A DNA stretch of 64,000 nt from an uncultured Spirochaetota bacterium (lineage in GTDB: Bacteria > Spirochaetota > Spirochaetia > SZUA-6 > Fen-1364): contig CAWAHW010000006.1 of assembly GCA_963781885.1 (NCBI GenBank), positions 320,001 to 384,000 of the forward strand, read 5' to 3'. The notes beneath the pieces were generated by a model. That model made no database searches, was not told the DNA's origin, and saw nothing but the letters and a program-made list of their open reading frames with translations. A program made the translations under genes and the position numbers. This document shows, one piece after another, positions 10,353 through 18,657 of this stretch (the first letter of the stretch is position 1; every line of letters starts with the position of its first letter).

Positions 10353-12022
10353 GTTGCCCCCCGCACCGCGCCCGCCTCCAGGACGACGAGGCGATCCATG
10401 ACGCCGAGCGTGTCGGCGGTGTGAGACACGAGGATGGCGGTGCGGCCCCGCACGAGCTCCCGGATGCCTTCCCGCACCAGCCCCGCGCTCTCCGCATCGA
10501 GGTGCGCGGTGGGCTCATCCAGCAGCACGAGCGACGGGGAACGCAGGAAAAGGCGCGCAAGGGCGACCCTCTGGGCCTGGCCGACCGAAAGCCCCCGGCC
10601 TCCCTCGTCGAGCACCGTGTCGATGCCGGCGGGAAGCCGGGGGAGAAACTCCTCCACGTGCGCCAGCGCGAGGGCGCGCTCCAAGTCCTTCTCCGTCGTC
10701 CCCGGCCGCCCGAGCGTGACGTTTTCCCGCACCGTCCCTGCAAAGAGCATGGGCTTCTGCGGGAGCCAGGCGATGCGGCTGCGCCACGCCGTCATGTCGA
10801 TGCCGGAAAGGGGAAGGCCGTCGACGAGGATCGATCCCTGCCGCGGCGCGGCGAAACCGAGCAGGAGCGCCAGGAGCGTGGACTTTCCGGCACCGCTTCC
10901 GCCCGCCAGCGCCAGGTGCTCGCGCGGCGCGATGACGACGTTGAGCCCGGAGAGCAGTGGTGCTTCGGTGTAGGAGAAGTGCACGTCGCGCAGCTCGATG
11001 GCGGCCGCTGTCGCGGCCGGCGGCAGCGGGGCGCCGACGTCCGGCCGCTGCTCCGCCACCGCCGTTTCCAGGAACGCGCGGATCTGCTCGGCGGCGCTCA
11101 CCGCCTCCATGCGGGCGTGATAGAACGTGCCCAGGACGCGCAGTGTGAGGAAATACTCCGGGGCGATGAGGAGGATGAAGTAGCCGGGCCGGAAACCCAT
11201 CGTGCCATGCAGGAGACGCACGCCCGAGATCACCGCGACGATGGCGATGCTCACCGCGGAGATGAGCTCCAGCATGAAGGAGGAGAGGAATGCCACGCGC
11301 AGCACGGACAACGTGAGCTTCCTGTACTCGTCGGAGGTGCGGGCGATCTCCCGTGCCTCGCGGGCGGCGGCCCCGAACATGCGCACGGTGGCAAGCCCCT
11401 GGAGCACGTCGAGGAAGCGCCCGCTCATCAGCGCGAGCTTGTCCCAGAGCCTCCGGTTGCGCTCGTGCGCCTCGTCGCCGATGACGATCATGGAAAGCGG
11501 CAGGAATACCGCCGTGAGGACGAGCACGAGACCGGAGATCCAGTCCAGGGGGAAGACGACCGCGAGGATCGTGAAAGGAAGGAGGGAGGCGATGGCGCGC
11601 TGGGGGAGATAGCGGGCGTAGTAGGTCTCCAGCGCCTCCACGGCGTCCACCGTCACGTGCGCGATCTCCCCGGCGCGCATGCCGGCAAGGGCGATCGGGC
11701 CGATGCGCCGGATCTGCGCGACGCACGCGGCGCGGAGGCCCTGCTTCACGCCAGAGGCGCAGGCATAGCCGGCGCGCTTCGTCGCCCAACTCAGTGCCGC
11801 CCGCGCCGCAATGACGGCGACCGCCGCGAGGAGAAGCGGCAGCAGGCCGGCGACCGGGGCACGCGCGAAGATGACGCGATTTCCGACCTCCGCGAGCAGC
11901 CCGGTCTGGATGATGAGGAGGATGCCGGCCGCCTCACCGAGTGCGATCGTGAGGGCAAGCCGCGATCGCGCGGGGGCGCCCTGCGTGCGGAGCCAGCCCG
12001 GTGTGCTCTCCATTGCGAGCAT
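10349..12022 (-). CDS. cydD: Thiol reductant ABC exporter subunit CydD
   Basis: YYARYLPQ, LRVAFLSSFMLELISAVSIA, LLIAPEYF..LR.LGTFYHAR, GGSGAGKST, LSVGQAQRVALAR, DEPTAHLD. Confidence 0.9.
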   Translation of the reverse strand: MLAMESTPGWLRTQGAPARSRLALTIALGEAAGILLIIQTGLLAEVGNRVIFARAPVAGLLPLLLAAVAVIAARAALSWATKRAGYACASGVKQGLRAACVAQIRRIGPIALAGMRAGEIAHVTVDAVEALETYYARYLPQRAIASLLPFTILAVVFPLDWISGLVLVLTAVFLPLSMIVIGDEAHERNRRLWDKLALMSGRFLDVLQGLATVRMFGAAAREAREIARTSDEYRKLTLSVLRVAFLSSFMLELISAVSIAIVAVISGVRLLHGTMGFRPGYFILLIAPEYFLTLRVLGTFYHARMEAVSAAEQIRAFLETAVAEQRPDVGAPLPPAATAAAIELRDVHFSYTEAPLLSGLNVVIAPREHLALAGGSGAGKSTLLALLLGFAAPRQGSILVDGLPLSGIDMTAWRSRIAWLPQKPMLFAGTVRENVTLGRPGTTEKDLERALALAHVEEFLPRLPAGIDTVLDEGGRGLSVGQAQRVALARLFLRSPSLVLLDEPTAHLDAESAGLVREGIRELVRGRTAILVSHTADTLGVMDRLVVLEAGAVRGAT

Positions 12023-12117
12023 GAATGTACACGGCGGATGGGCGGCCGGCTACCATTGATCGGCCCGCGGGTGTCGTGATAGCATCTCCTCCCACGCCCG
12101 GAGGGAAGGGAGAGCAT

Positions 12118-13425
12118 ATGAGCGTCCTCGTACTCTCGCGCATCCAGTTCGCCACGGTGGTTCTCTTCCATTTCCTGTTCGTCCCCCTCACCCTCGGCCT
12201 GTCCGTGCTCGTCGCCTACATGGAGACGCGCTATGCCCGCACCGGCGACGTGACATTCCTCAAGATGGCGAAATACTGGAGCAGGCTCCTGCTCGTGAAC
12301 TTCGCCGTCGGCGTGGTCACCGGCATCACCCTGGAGTTCCAGTTCGGCATGAACTGGGCGGAATACGCGAAGTTCGTCGGCGACATATTCGGCGCGCCCC
12401 TGGCCATCGAGGCGACGGTGGCATTCTTCCTGGAGTCCACGTTCATCGGGCTGTGGGTGTTCAGCTGGAAGCGCGTCTCCCGCGGCGTGCACGCCGCGAT
12501 CATGTGGGTCGTCGCCTTTGCGAGCACCCTCTCCGCCTTGTGGATCCTGCTTGCCAACGGCTGGATGCAGAAGCCGAAGGGATACGCGCTCGAGGGGGGC
12601 AAGGCGGTGCTCACCAACTTCTGGGCGCTTCTTGGAAATCCTTATGCGTGGATCAAGTTCTTCCACACGACCATGGCCGCCTACACGCTCTCCGCTTTCT
12701 TCATCATGGGCATCTCCGCCATCCAGCTCCTGAAGGGCCGCACGGACGAGATGTTCAAGAGGTCCTTCCGCATCGGTGCAACCCTGGCCATCTTTACCTC
12801 CATCGGCATCATCTTTGCCGGCGACATGTCGGGCTTGCAGGTGGCAAAGAACCAGCCGACGAAGCTCGCCGCCATGGAGGGGCAGTGGGAGACGGAGGAG
12901 GGCGCGTCCTTCTACCTCCTGCAGCTTCCCCGCGTCGACCGGGACGAAAACTCCGTGGAAGCGCTCGGCATCCCCAAGGGGCTGAGCATCCTCGCCTACC
13001 ACGACCCCGGGGCGACCATCGAGGGGTTGAACGATTTCCCGGCCGCCGACCGACCGCCGGTGTTCGTCACCTTCGTCGCTTTCCGGCTCATGGTCGGGCT
13101 GGGCTTCCTGTTCGTGCTTCTGGCCCTGATCGCCGTGATCCTCTCCTGGAAGAAGAAGCTCCCGCAAAACCGCTGGTTCCTCTGGATCATGGCCGTTGCC
13201 ATCATCCTGCCCTATCTCGCCTGCGAGCTGGGGTGGATCGTCGCGGAGATCGGGCGGCAGCCCTGGATCGTCTATGGCCTCCTGCGGACGAAGGACGCCA
13301 TCTCCCGCAACCTGACCGCGGGTGACGTGCTGGGATCCCTGATCGTCTTCATCCTCATCTACGGGGTGATGGCGGTCATGGACGTCTTCCTGTTGAAGAA
13401 GTACTCCAACACGATCGAGGACTAA
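12118..13425 (+). CDS. cydA: Cytochrome bd quinol oxidase subunit I (short Q-loop type)
   Basis: LSRIQFA..FHFLFVPLTLG, GITLEFQFGMNW, AFFLESTF, QPTKLAAMEG, GWIVAEIGRQPW. RBS precedes ATG 12118. Confidence 0.95.
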   Translation: MSVLVLSRIQFATVVLFHFLFVPLTLGLSVLVAYMETRYARTGDVTFLKMAKYWSRLLLVNFAVGVVTGITLEFQFGMNWAEYAKFVGDIFGAPLAIEATVAFFLESTFIGLWVFSWKRVSRGVHAAIMWVVAFASTLSALWILLANGWMQKPKGYALEGGKAVLTNFWALLGNPYAWIKFFHTTMAAYTLSAFFIMGISAIQLLKGRTDEMFKRSFRIGATLAIFTSIGIIFAGDMSGLQVAKNQPTKLAAMEGQWETEEGASFYLLQLPRVDRDENSVEALGIPKGLSILAYHDPGATIEGLNDFPAADRPPVFVTFVAFRLMVGLGFLFVLLALIAVILSWKKKLPQNRWFLWIMAVAIILPYLACELGWIVAEIGRQPWIVYGLLRTKDAISRNLTAGDVLGSLIVFILIYGVMAVMDVFLLKKYSNTIED

Positions 13426-13436
13426 AGGAGGCGGCC

Positions 13437-14513
13437 ATGGCACTGCAGACATTGTGGTTCGTGCTCTGGGGCCTCCTGTGGGCCGTGTATTTCATGCTGG
13501 ACGGATTCGATTTCGGCGCGGGCATGCTGCGCCTCTTCCTCTCCCGGGAGGAAAAGGACCGCCAGGTTGTGCTTCATGCCATCGGGCCCGTCTGGAACGG
13601 CAACGAGGTGTGGCTCATCACGGCGGGCGGCGCGACATTCGCCGCCTTTCCCAGCACGTACGCCTCCATGTTCAGCTTCCTCTACCTGCCCATGTTCCTG
13701 ATCCTGATCTCGCTCATCATCCGCGGGGTGTCCATCGAATATCGGGAGAAGCACGACAGCCCGCGCTGGCGGGCGGCATGGGACATCGCCCTTGCCGTCA
13801 CGAGCCTCACCGCCCCGCTCGTGCTCGGCCTGGGGTTCGGCAACATCTTCGAAGGGCTCCGCTTCGATGCAAGCGGCTACCACGGCACTTTCGGGCAACT
13901 GTTCAATCCCTATGGGCTCCTCACCGCGGCGCTTTTCGTCGTGCTTTTCCTCCAGCACGGCGCGCTGTGGCTCACGCACAAGACGGAGGCGGAGCTGGGC
14001 GCGACGAGCAGGAAGACCGCGGGTGTGCTTTGGTACGTGGTGCTCGTGGTCGCCGCGGGGTTCCTCGTGCTCACGGGATTCTCCACCCACCTGTACGACA
14101 ACTACGCGTCGCACCCGGGCTGGATCGTCGCCCCGGTCCTGGCCGTTGCCGCCCTTGTCGGCGTGAAGGTCTTCCATGCCCGGGTCCGGACCCTGGCCGC
14201 GTTCCTCTGCTCCTGTGCGACGATCGTCCTGGTGATTGGCACGGGGCTCATCGGGCTATTCCCGAACCTCATCCCCTCGCGTCTCGATGCCGCGGCGAAC
14301 CTGACGATCTCCAACAGCTCTTCCGGGCCCTATACGCTGCGCCTCATGGCCGTCGTCGCGCTTGTATTCGTCCCGATCGTCGCCGTCTACCAGCTCCTGG
14401 TCTACCGGTTCTTCCGGCACAAGATCTCGAAGGGCGAGGCGTCGGAGGGCTCTCGCGGCGGCCGTGCGCGTGCGTCCCGCCCGTCCCGCCGCACTGTCGC
14501 GGCGGGAGCATAG
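13437..14513 (+). CDS. cydB: Cytochrome bd quinol oxidase subunit II
   Basis: LDGFDFGAG, IGPVWNGNEVWLITAGGATFAAFP, RGVSIEYR, SSGPYTL; AGGAGG RBS. The Arg-rich tail ends at a stop inside the downstream repeat. Confidence 0.93.
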   Translation: MALQTLWFVLWGLLWAVYFMLDGFDFGAGMLRLFLSREEKDRQVVLHAIGPVWNGNEVWLITAGGATFAAFPSTYASMFSFLYLPMFLILISLIIRGVSIEYREKHDSPRWRAAWDIALAVTSLTAPLVLGLGFGNIFEGLRFDASGYHGTFGQLFNPYGLLTAALFVVLFLQHGALWLTHKTEAELGATSRKTAGVLWYVVLVVAAGFLVLTGFSTHLYDNYASHPGWIVAPVLAVAALVGVKVFHARVRTLAAFLCSCATIVLVIGTGLIGLFPNLIPSRLDAAANLTISNSSSGPYTLRLMAVVALVFVPIVAVYQLLVYRFFRHKISKGEASEGSRGGRARASRPSRRTVAAGA

Positions 14514-14652
14514 CCATCCAAAGCCGCAAGCTCGCGGCCGGGCTATGGCCTCGCTGCCGTACGTCCCTGTACTCGCTCGGCCCGAAGTGCGGCAGCCGCG
14601 CTTGCGCGGCGGGAGCATAGCCATCCAAAGCCGCAAGCTCGCGGCTGGGCTA
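14498..14652. repeat. Two 48-bp direct repeats (14498-14545 and 14605-14652, one mismatch) with an internal hairpin; REP-like intergenic element
   Basis: CGCGGCGGGAGCATAGCCATCCAAAGCCGCAAGCTCGCGGCYGGGCTA occurs twice, 107 bp apart, with stem AGCCGC-AAGCTC-GCGGCY. The spacer contains GTAC-GTCCCT-GTAC. Confidence 0.9.
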
Positions 14653-15633
14653 CGCGTGGTAGAAACAGTATCTCTTGCGGTACTCGGTCGGGGAGACGCC
14701 GGTGACGCGCTTGAAGATGGCGCGGAAGCTGCCCACGTCCTCATAGCCGATCCCGCTCGCCACGTTGTCGATGTCTTTCGCGCCCGACTCCAGGGCGTGC
14801 TTTGCCGCCTCGATACGCACGCGCTGGATGTATTCGATAGGCGTGTTGCCTGTCGCGCTCTTGAATCGCCGGATGAAGTTCCTGTTGCTCATGGCGAGGC
14901 TTGACGCAAGGTCCGCCACGGAGAGATCGTGCGTCGCCTGCTTCTCGATCAAATCCTGCGCCCGCCGCACTTCGGGGTCGCCGTGGTTCTTCTGCGCGCT
15001 GAAGATTGCGTAGACCGTCTGCGGCCCCTTGTTGATATCGATGAGGAATATCTTCGCCATGAGGCGCCCCGCTTCCGCGCCGCAGTACTTCTCCACCAGG
15101 TACGCCGTCAGCGTGAGGAATGACGTGGCCCCGCCGCTCGTGCAGATGCGCCCGTGGTCCACGATGATCTGGTCGTGCGCCAGACTCACCTGAGGGTAGC
15201 GGCTGCGGAAGAGGTCCTGCGCGATCCAGTGCGTCGTCGCTGTCTTGCCGTCCAGGAGGCCCGTCTCGGCGAGCACGAACGCGCCCGTGCAGATGGAGGC
15301 GATGTCGGCGCCCGCCTGGTACATCTTTTTCACCCACGGGATGGTCGCCCTGTTTGCCGCCATTTGCGTGAGCACGTCGCCGTCGAAAGCCGGGATGATG
15401 ACGAGGTCCGCGTGGCTCACCTTGTCTATCGTCGCGTTGCACTGGACGGGAAACCCGTTGGGCGTTATGACCGGATTGTCCCCCGGGGAGACAAGCTGCA
15501 CCCGGAAGAAGGGCTCCGCTGCCGGCTGCCCGTTTCCGCTCATCCGACCGGCCGTGAGAAGCAGCTCCATCGGCCCGATCGAGGAGAGTGACGAACATCC
15601 CTGGAGCATCAGGACGCTGACATCGAGTGCCAT
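14650..15633 (-). CDS. GlxA family transcriptional regulator (DJ-1/PfpI + AraC HTH)
   Basis: SICTGAFVLAETGLLDGKTATTHW, TSGGA, MSNRNFIRRFKSATGNTP...[22 protein letters not shown] precedes ATG 15633. Confidence 0.9.
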   Translation of the reverse strand: MALDVSVLMLQGCSSLSSIGPMELLLTAGRMSGNGQPAAEPFFRVQLVSPGDNPVITPNGFPVQCNATIDKVSHADLVIIPAFDGDVLTQMAANRATIPWVKKMYQAGADIASICTGAFVLAETGLLDGKTATTHWIAQDLFRSRYPQVSLAHDQIIVDHGRICTSGGATSFLTLTAYLVEKYCGAEAGRLMAKIFLIDINKGPQTVYAIFSAQKNHGDPEVRRAQDLIEKQATHDLSVADLASSLAMSNRNFIRRFKSATGNTPIEYIQRVRIEAAKHALESGAKDIDNVASGIGYEDVGSFRAIFKRVTGVSPTEYRKRYCFYHA

Positions 15634-15782
15634 AACGCCTCCTCCCGGCAATGATATGGCAGAAACGGCCACGAGGAAAGTCGTTTCTGCCACTTTCTTC
15701 GCCCAGCCGACCTACCTACCTTTGAACACGTTGGAGACCGGAGCAGGACGGCTGCCCGGAAAAATCGCGAGGAGGTTTTCAT

Positions 15783-16277
15783 ATGAGCAAGAGCGAGGCT
15801 TTTCTCCAGATATGGGGCATGGAGGCTGCCACGACGCAGCGCGTGCTGGACGCGGTCCCCGAAAAAAACATCACCCACAGGGCCGATCCGAAGGCGCGGA
15901 CGGCGATCGAGCTTACGGCGCACGTGGCAAGCCATGGGCCGCTGATCGCCATGATGGCCGAAACCGGCGAAGTGAGGGGCGGACCCCGGGCGGCGCCGAA
16001 GACCATCAAGGAAGCAGGCGCCGCTTTCCCGGCAATGCTCCCCCGGATCGAGAAGGCGATCCGCGCCATCGACGACAAGGCTTGGGACCAGAAGATCGGC
16101 ACCATCTACAACGACGACGGCTCAGTGTTCCAGTCCGGCCCCGTCGGCATGCTGATCTGGTTCACGCTCTTCGACCTCATTCATCACCGGGGACAGCTCA
16201 GCACCTACCTGCGTCCCATGGGCGGCAAGGTGCCTTCCATTTACGGTCCCTCCGCCGACGACCCCGGAAAGAAGTAG
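15783..16277 (+). CDS. DinB family protein
   Basis: TTQRVLDAVPE...PKARTAIELTAHV and HHRGQLSTYLRPMGGKVPSIYGPSAD; divergent from the GlxA regulator. Confidence 0.88.
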   Translation: MSKSEAFLQIWGMEAATTQRVLDAVPEKNITHRADPKARTAIELTAHVASHGPLIAMMAETGEVRGGPRAAPKTIKEAGAAFPAMLPRIEKAIRAIDDKAWDQKIGTIYNDDGSVFQSGPVGMLIWFTLFDLIHHRGQLSTYLRPMGGKVPSIYGPSADDPGKK

Positions 16278-16346
16278 AACGCCTCGAAGGTCGCCCCGCA
16301 TCCCGTTGATCGGGGCGGCCCCCGGTGGCCTGCCGTCCGGTTTTGT

Positions 16347-16375
16347 TTGACAAATCGGCCCCGCGATGTGATCTT
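16347..16375 (+). promoter_or_regulatory. Putative sigma70 promoter of the CBS-domain gene
   Basis: TTGACA-17 nt-GATCTT, with TG upstream of the -10. Confidence 0.45.
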
Positions 16376-16417
16376 TCTCCTGTTCGAAACGATTTGACTC
16401 TGGGAAGGAGGCCTGCC

Positions 16418-16876
16418 ATGGAAACAGTTGCCGAGTTCCTGAGCGCGAAAGGTCACGCGGTGCATACGGTCCACCCGGATGCCACGGTCTACGAGGCTCT
16501 GGAGCTGATGGCGGACAAGAACATCGGCGCCGTGATGGTGGCCGATGGCAAAGGCAAGCTCCACGGCATCTTCTCAGAGCGGGACTATGCCCGCAAGATG
16601 ATGATCAAGGGACGCGAGCCCCATTCCACCCGGGTCGGGGAGATCATGACCACCCTCGTCGTCTCCGTGAACCTGGAAACGCGGCTTCGCGACTGCATGT
16701 CGATCATGACGGAGAAAAGGATCCGGCACCTGCCGGTGCTTCAGAACGACAAGCTGATCGGCGTCGTCTCCATCGGTGACGTGGTGAAGTCTCTCCTCTC
16801 GGAGCAGGATTACGTCATCTCGCAGCAGGCGTACAAGATCGATCAGCTGGAGAACTACATCTCCCTCACGCCCTGA
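16418..16876 (+). CDS. CBS-domain pair protein
   Basis: TVYEALELMADKNIGAVMV, GIFSERDYARK, RIRHLPV...GVVSIGDVVK. AAGGAGG RBS precedes ATG 16418. Confidence 0.9.
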   Translation: METVAEFLSAKGHAVHTVHPDATVYEALELMADKNIGAVMVADGKGKLHGIFSERDYARKMMIKGREPHSTRVGEIMTTLVVSVNLETRLRDCMSIMTEKRIRHLPVLQNDKLIGVVSIGDVVKSLLSEQDYVISQQAYKIDQLENYISLTP

Positions 16877-16889
16877 GGGCCCCGATCCC

Positions 16890-16927
16890 CGGCAGGCGTC
16901 CCCGCCCCGCCGTCTGTCGTTTTTTTT
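16890..16927 (+). terminator. Rho-independent terminator
   Basis: CGGCAGGCG...CGTCTGTCG stem followed by T8, just after the CBS gene stop. Confidence 0.65.
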
Positions 16928-16986
16928 CGACACGCGAATCAACAAACCGATGATAGCACCCGGCCCGGGCCCGCCGTACGTTCACC

Positions 16987-17712
16987 GTGATGAAAAAGCT
17001 ATCACTACTGACCTGCGTCGCCGGCGTCGCGTTGTTCGCGGCCTCCTGCGCGTCAACCCCGCCCGTGAAGCCCACACCGGAGCCTGCCGCGCAGCCGGCG
17101 GCCCAACCTGAGACCCCGCAAACGCCTGCAGCGCAGCCTGCCCAACCGGCTGCCGGCGCACCTGATGCAGAACGCACGCAGGCGCGCGCGCTCAAGGACA
17201 GGATCGACAGCGAAGGCCTTGCGGATTACGACCAGACGGACTACCAGGCAGCGAGCACGGACCTCACGGCGGGAGAAGGATCGTACGGCAGCGACAATGC
17301 GGCGTCGAAGAAATCGTTTGACTCCGCGATTTCAGGCTTCAACGCCGTTCTTACAACAGGCGCTCCCCTGATGGCGGCAGCGGCGCAGGACAAGTCAACG
17401 ACGTCGAAAAAGGCGGCCGACGACCTCCTGGCGGCGGTGGCCGTGAAGGACCAGTACGCGCAGGCAAACGATGCCTATCAGCGCGCCCTGCAGGAAAAGG
17501 ACGGGGGAGACCTGGAAAGCGCCGGCAAGGACTTCACCCTGGCCGCCGGTCTTTTCGACGCCGCGGCGACAGCGGCAAAGCAGAAAAAGGACGCCGCGGT
17601 CCAGGCGCTCGATGCCGCCCAGAAGGACCTGAGCTCGTCGGAGCAGAAGGCGGCGGACGCGCAGAAGTCGCTTGCCGATGAGGGCGTCGCGCCGCAGGCC
17701 GGCGGACAGTAG
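16987..17712 (+). CDS. Lipoprotein with a Pro/Ala/Gln linker and helical repeats (spirochete type)
   Basis: Signal peptide MMKKLSLL...LFAASC with lipobox Cys, then a PAAQP-repeat tether and an Ala-rich coiled-coil body. Confidence 0.8.
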   Translation: MMKKLSLLTCVAGVALFAASCASTPPVKPTPEPAAQPAAQPETPQTPAAQPAQPAAGAPDAERTQARALKDRIDSEGLADYDQTDYQAASTDLTAGEGSYGSDNAASKKSFDSAISGFNAVLTTGAPLMAAAAQDKSTTSKKAADDLLAAVAVKDQYAQANDAYQRALQEKDGGDLESAGKDFTLAAGLFDAAATAAKQKKDAAVQALDAAQKDLSSSEQKAADAQKSLADEGVAPQAGGQ

Positions 17713-17725
17713 GGGAGTGAAAGAA

Positions 17726-18493
17726 ATGAAGGCACCTTTGATGAAAGCAGCCTTGTGCGTTGTCCTTCTGATGGGCGCCGCGGCAGCGGTCGCCGCGCAG
17801 TCCCTCCTGGACAACCAGTACTACAAGAGCGCAAAAGACCTGCTGGCCCAGTCCCAGACGGCGATGCAGACCGGCGACTACGACGGGGCTGCGCGTCTTG
17901 CCGCCCAGGCCCATGACGCGCTTGCACAGTCGGACGACTATGTCGCCACGATGACCCAGTTTTATCGCGCCAACGGCTGGCTTTCCCAGGCGAATGCGCG
18001 GATTGCCTATGCCAAGAGCATCAACGCCGACGTGAACGACAAGGACGTCTACGACAAGGCCACGGCGGACTCTCAAGACGCGAAAACGGCGCTGGACGCA
18101 AAGGACTACCAGAAGAGCATCGACCTCTCCAAGGGGGTGATTGCGGCGCTGGCAAATATCGCTCCCGCGGCCGTGGCGGCAGCGCCGGCAGCCCCTGCGG
18201 CCCCCGCCCCCGCGCAGCCTGAAGGCCCTTCGCCGCTGCCGGCGGCCTACGTCCTGCGCTCCCTGCATCCGGTCGGGGATTGCTTCTGGCTGATTGCCGG
18301 CTACCCCTTCGTCTACGGAAACCCGTGGAAGTGGAAGCTTCTCTATGACGCGAACAAGTCTTTGCTGAAGGATCCCAACAACCCCGATCTGATCGAGGTC
18401 GGGACACGGATCGTCATCCCCAGCGCCAATGGCGAAAAGCGCGAAGGCGACTACGATCCGCAGAAACAGTACCCGTCGATCGTGGTGCCCTGA
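17726..18493 (+). CDS. Exported LysM peptidoglycan-binding protein (spirochete BB0323-like C-terminal LysM)
   Basis: Signal peptide, helical region, PA-rich linker, then GDCFWLIAGYPFVYGNPWKWKLLYDANK...NPDLIEVGTRIVIP. Confidence 0.8.
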   Translation: MKAPLMKAALCVVLLMGAAAAVAAQSLLDNQYYKSAKDLLAQSQTAMQTGDYDGAARLAAQAHDALAQSDDYVATMTQFYRANGWLSQANARIAYAKSINADVNDKDVYDKATADSQDAKTALDAKDYQKSIDLSKGVIAALANIAPAAVAAAPAAPAAPAPAQPEGPSPLPAAYVLRSLHPVGDCFWLIAGYPFVYGNPWKWKLLYDANKSLLKDPNNPDLIEVGTRIVIPSANGEKREGDYDPQKQYPSIVVP

Positions 18494-18657
18494 GACGGGA
18501 GCCGGCTCTCCCGCGGCCCTGGAGATCGGCCTTTTCGCACATCCACCGTGGGGAGCGGGAGGTGCGGGGCCGATCTCGCCCGTTGCGACGCCGCTGGACT
18601 TGTGCGCCGGATCAGGTATCTTAGAGACGGCAGCAGGCACGCAAAAAAGGGAGCGGA

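Noticed and set aside
14498-14652. Mini-CRISPR (repeat-spacer-repeat)
   Set aside because: Only two copies, a 59-bp spacer, overlap with both stop codons and no cas genes; a REP-like element fits better.
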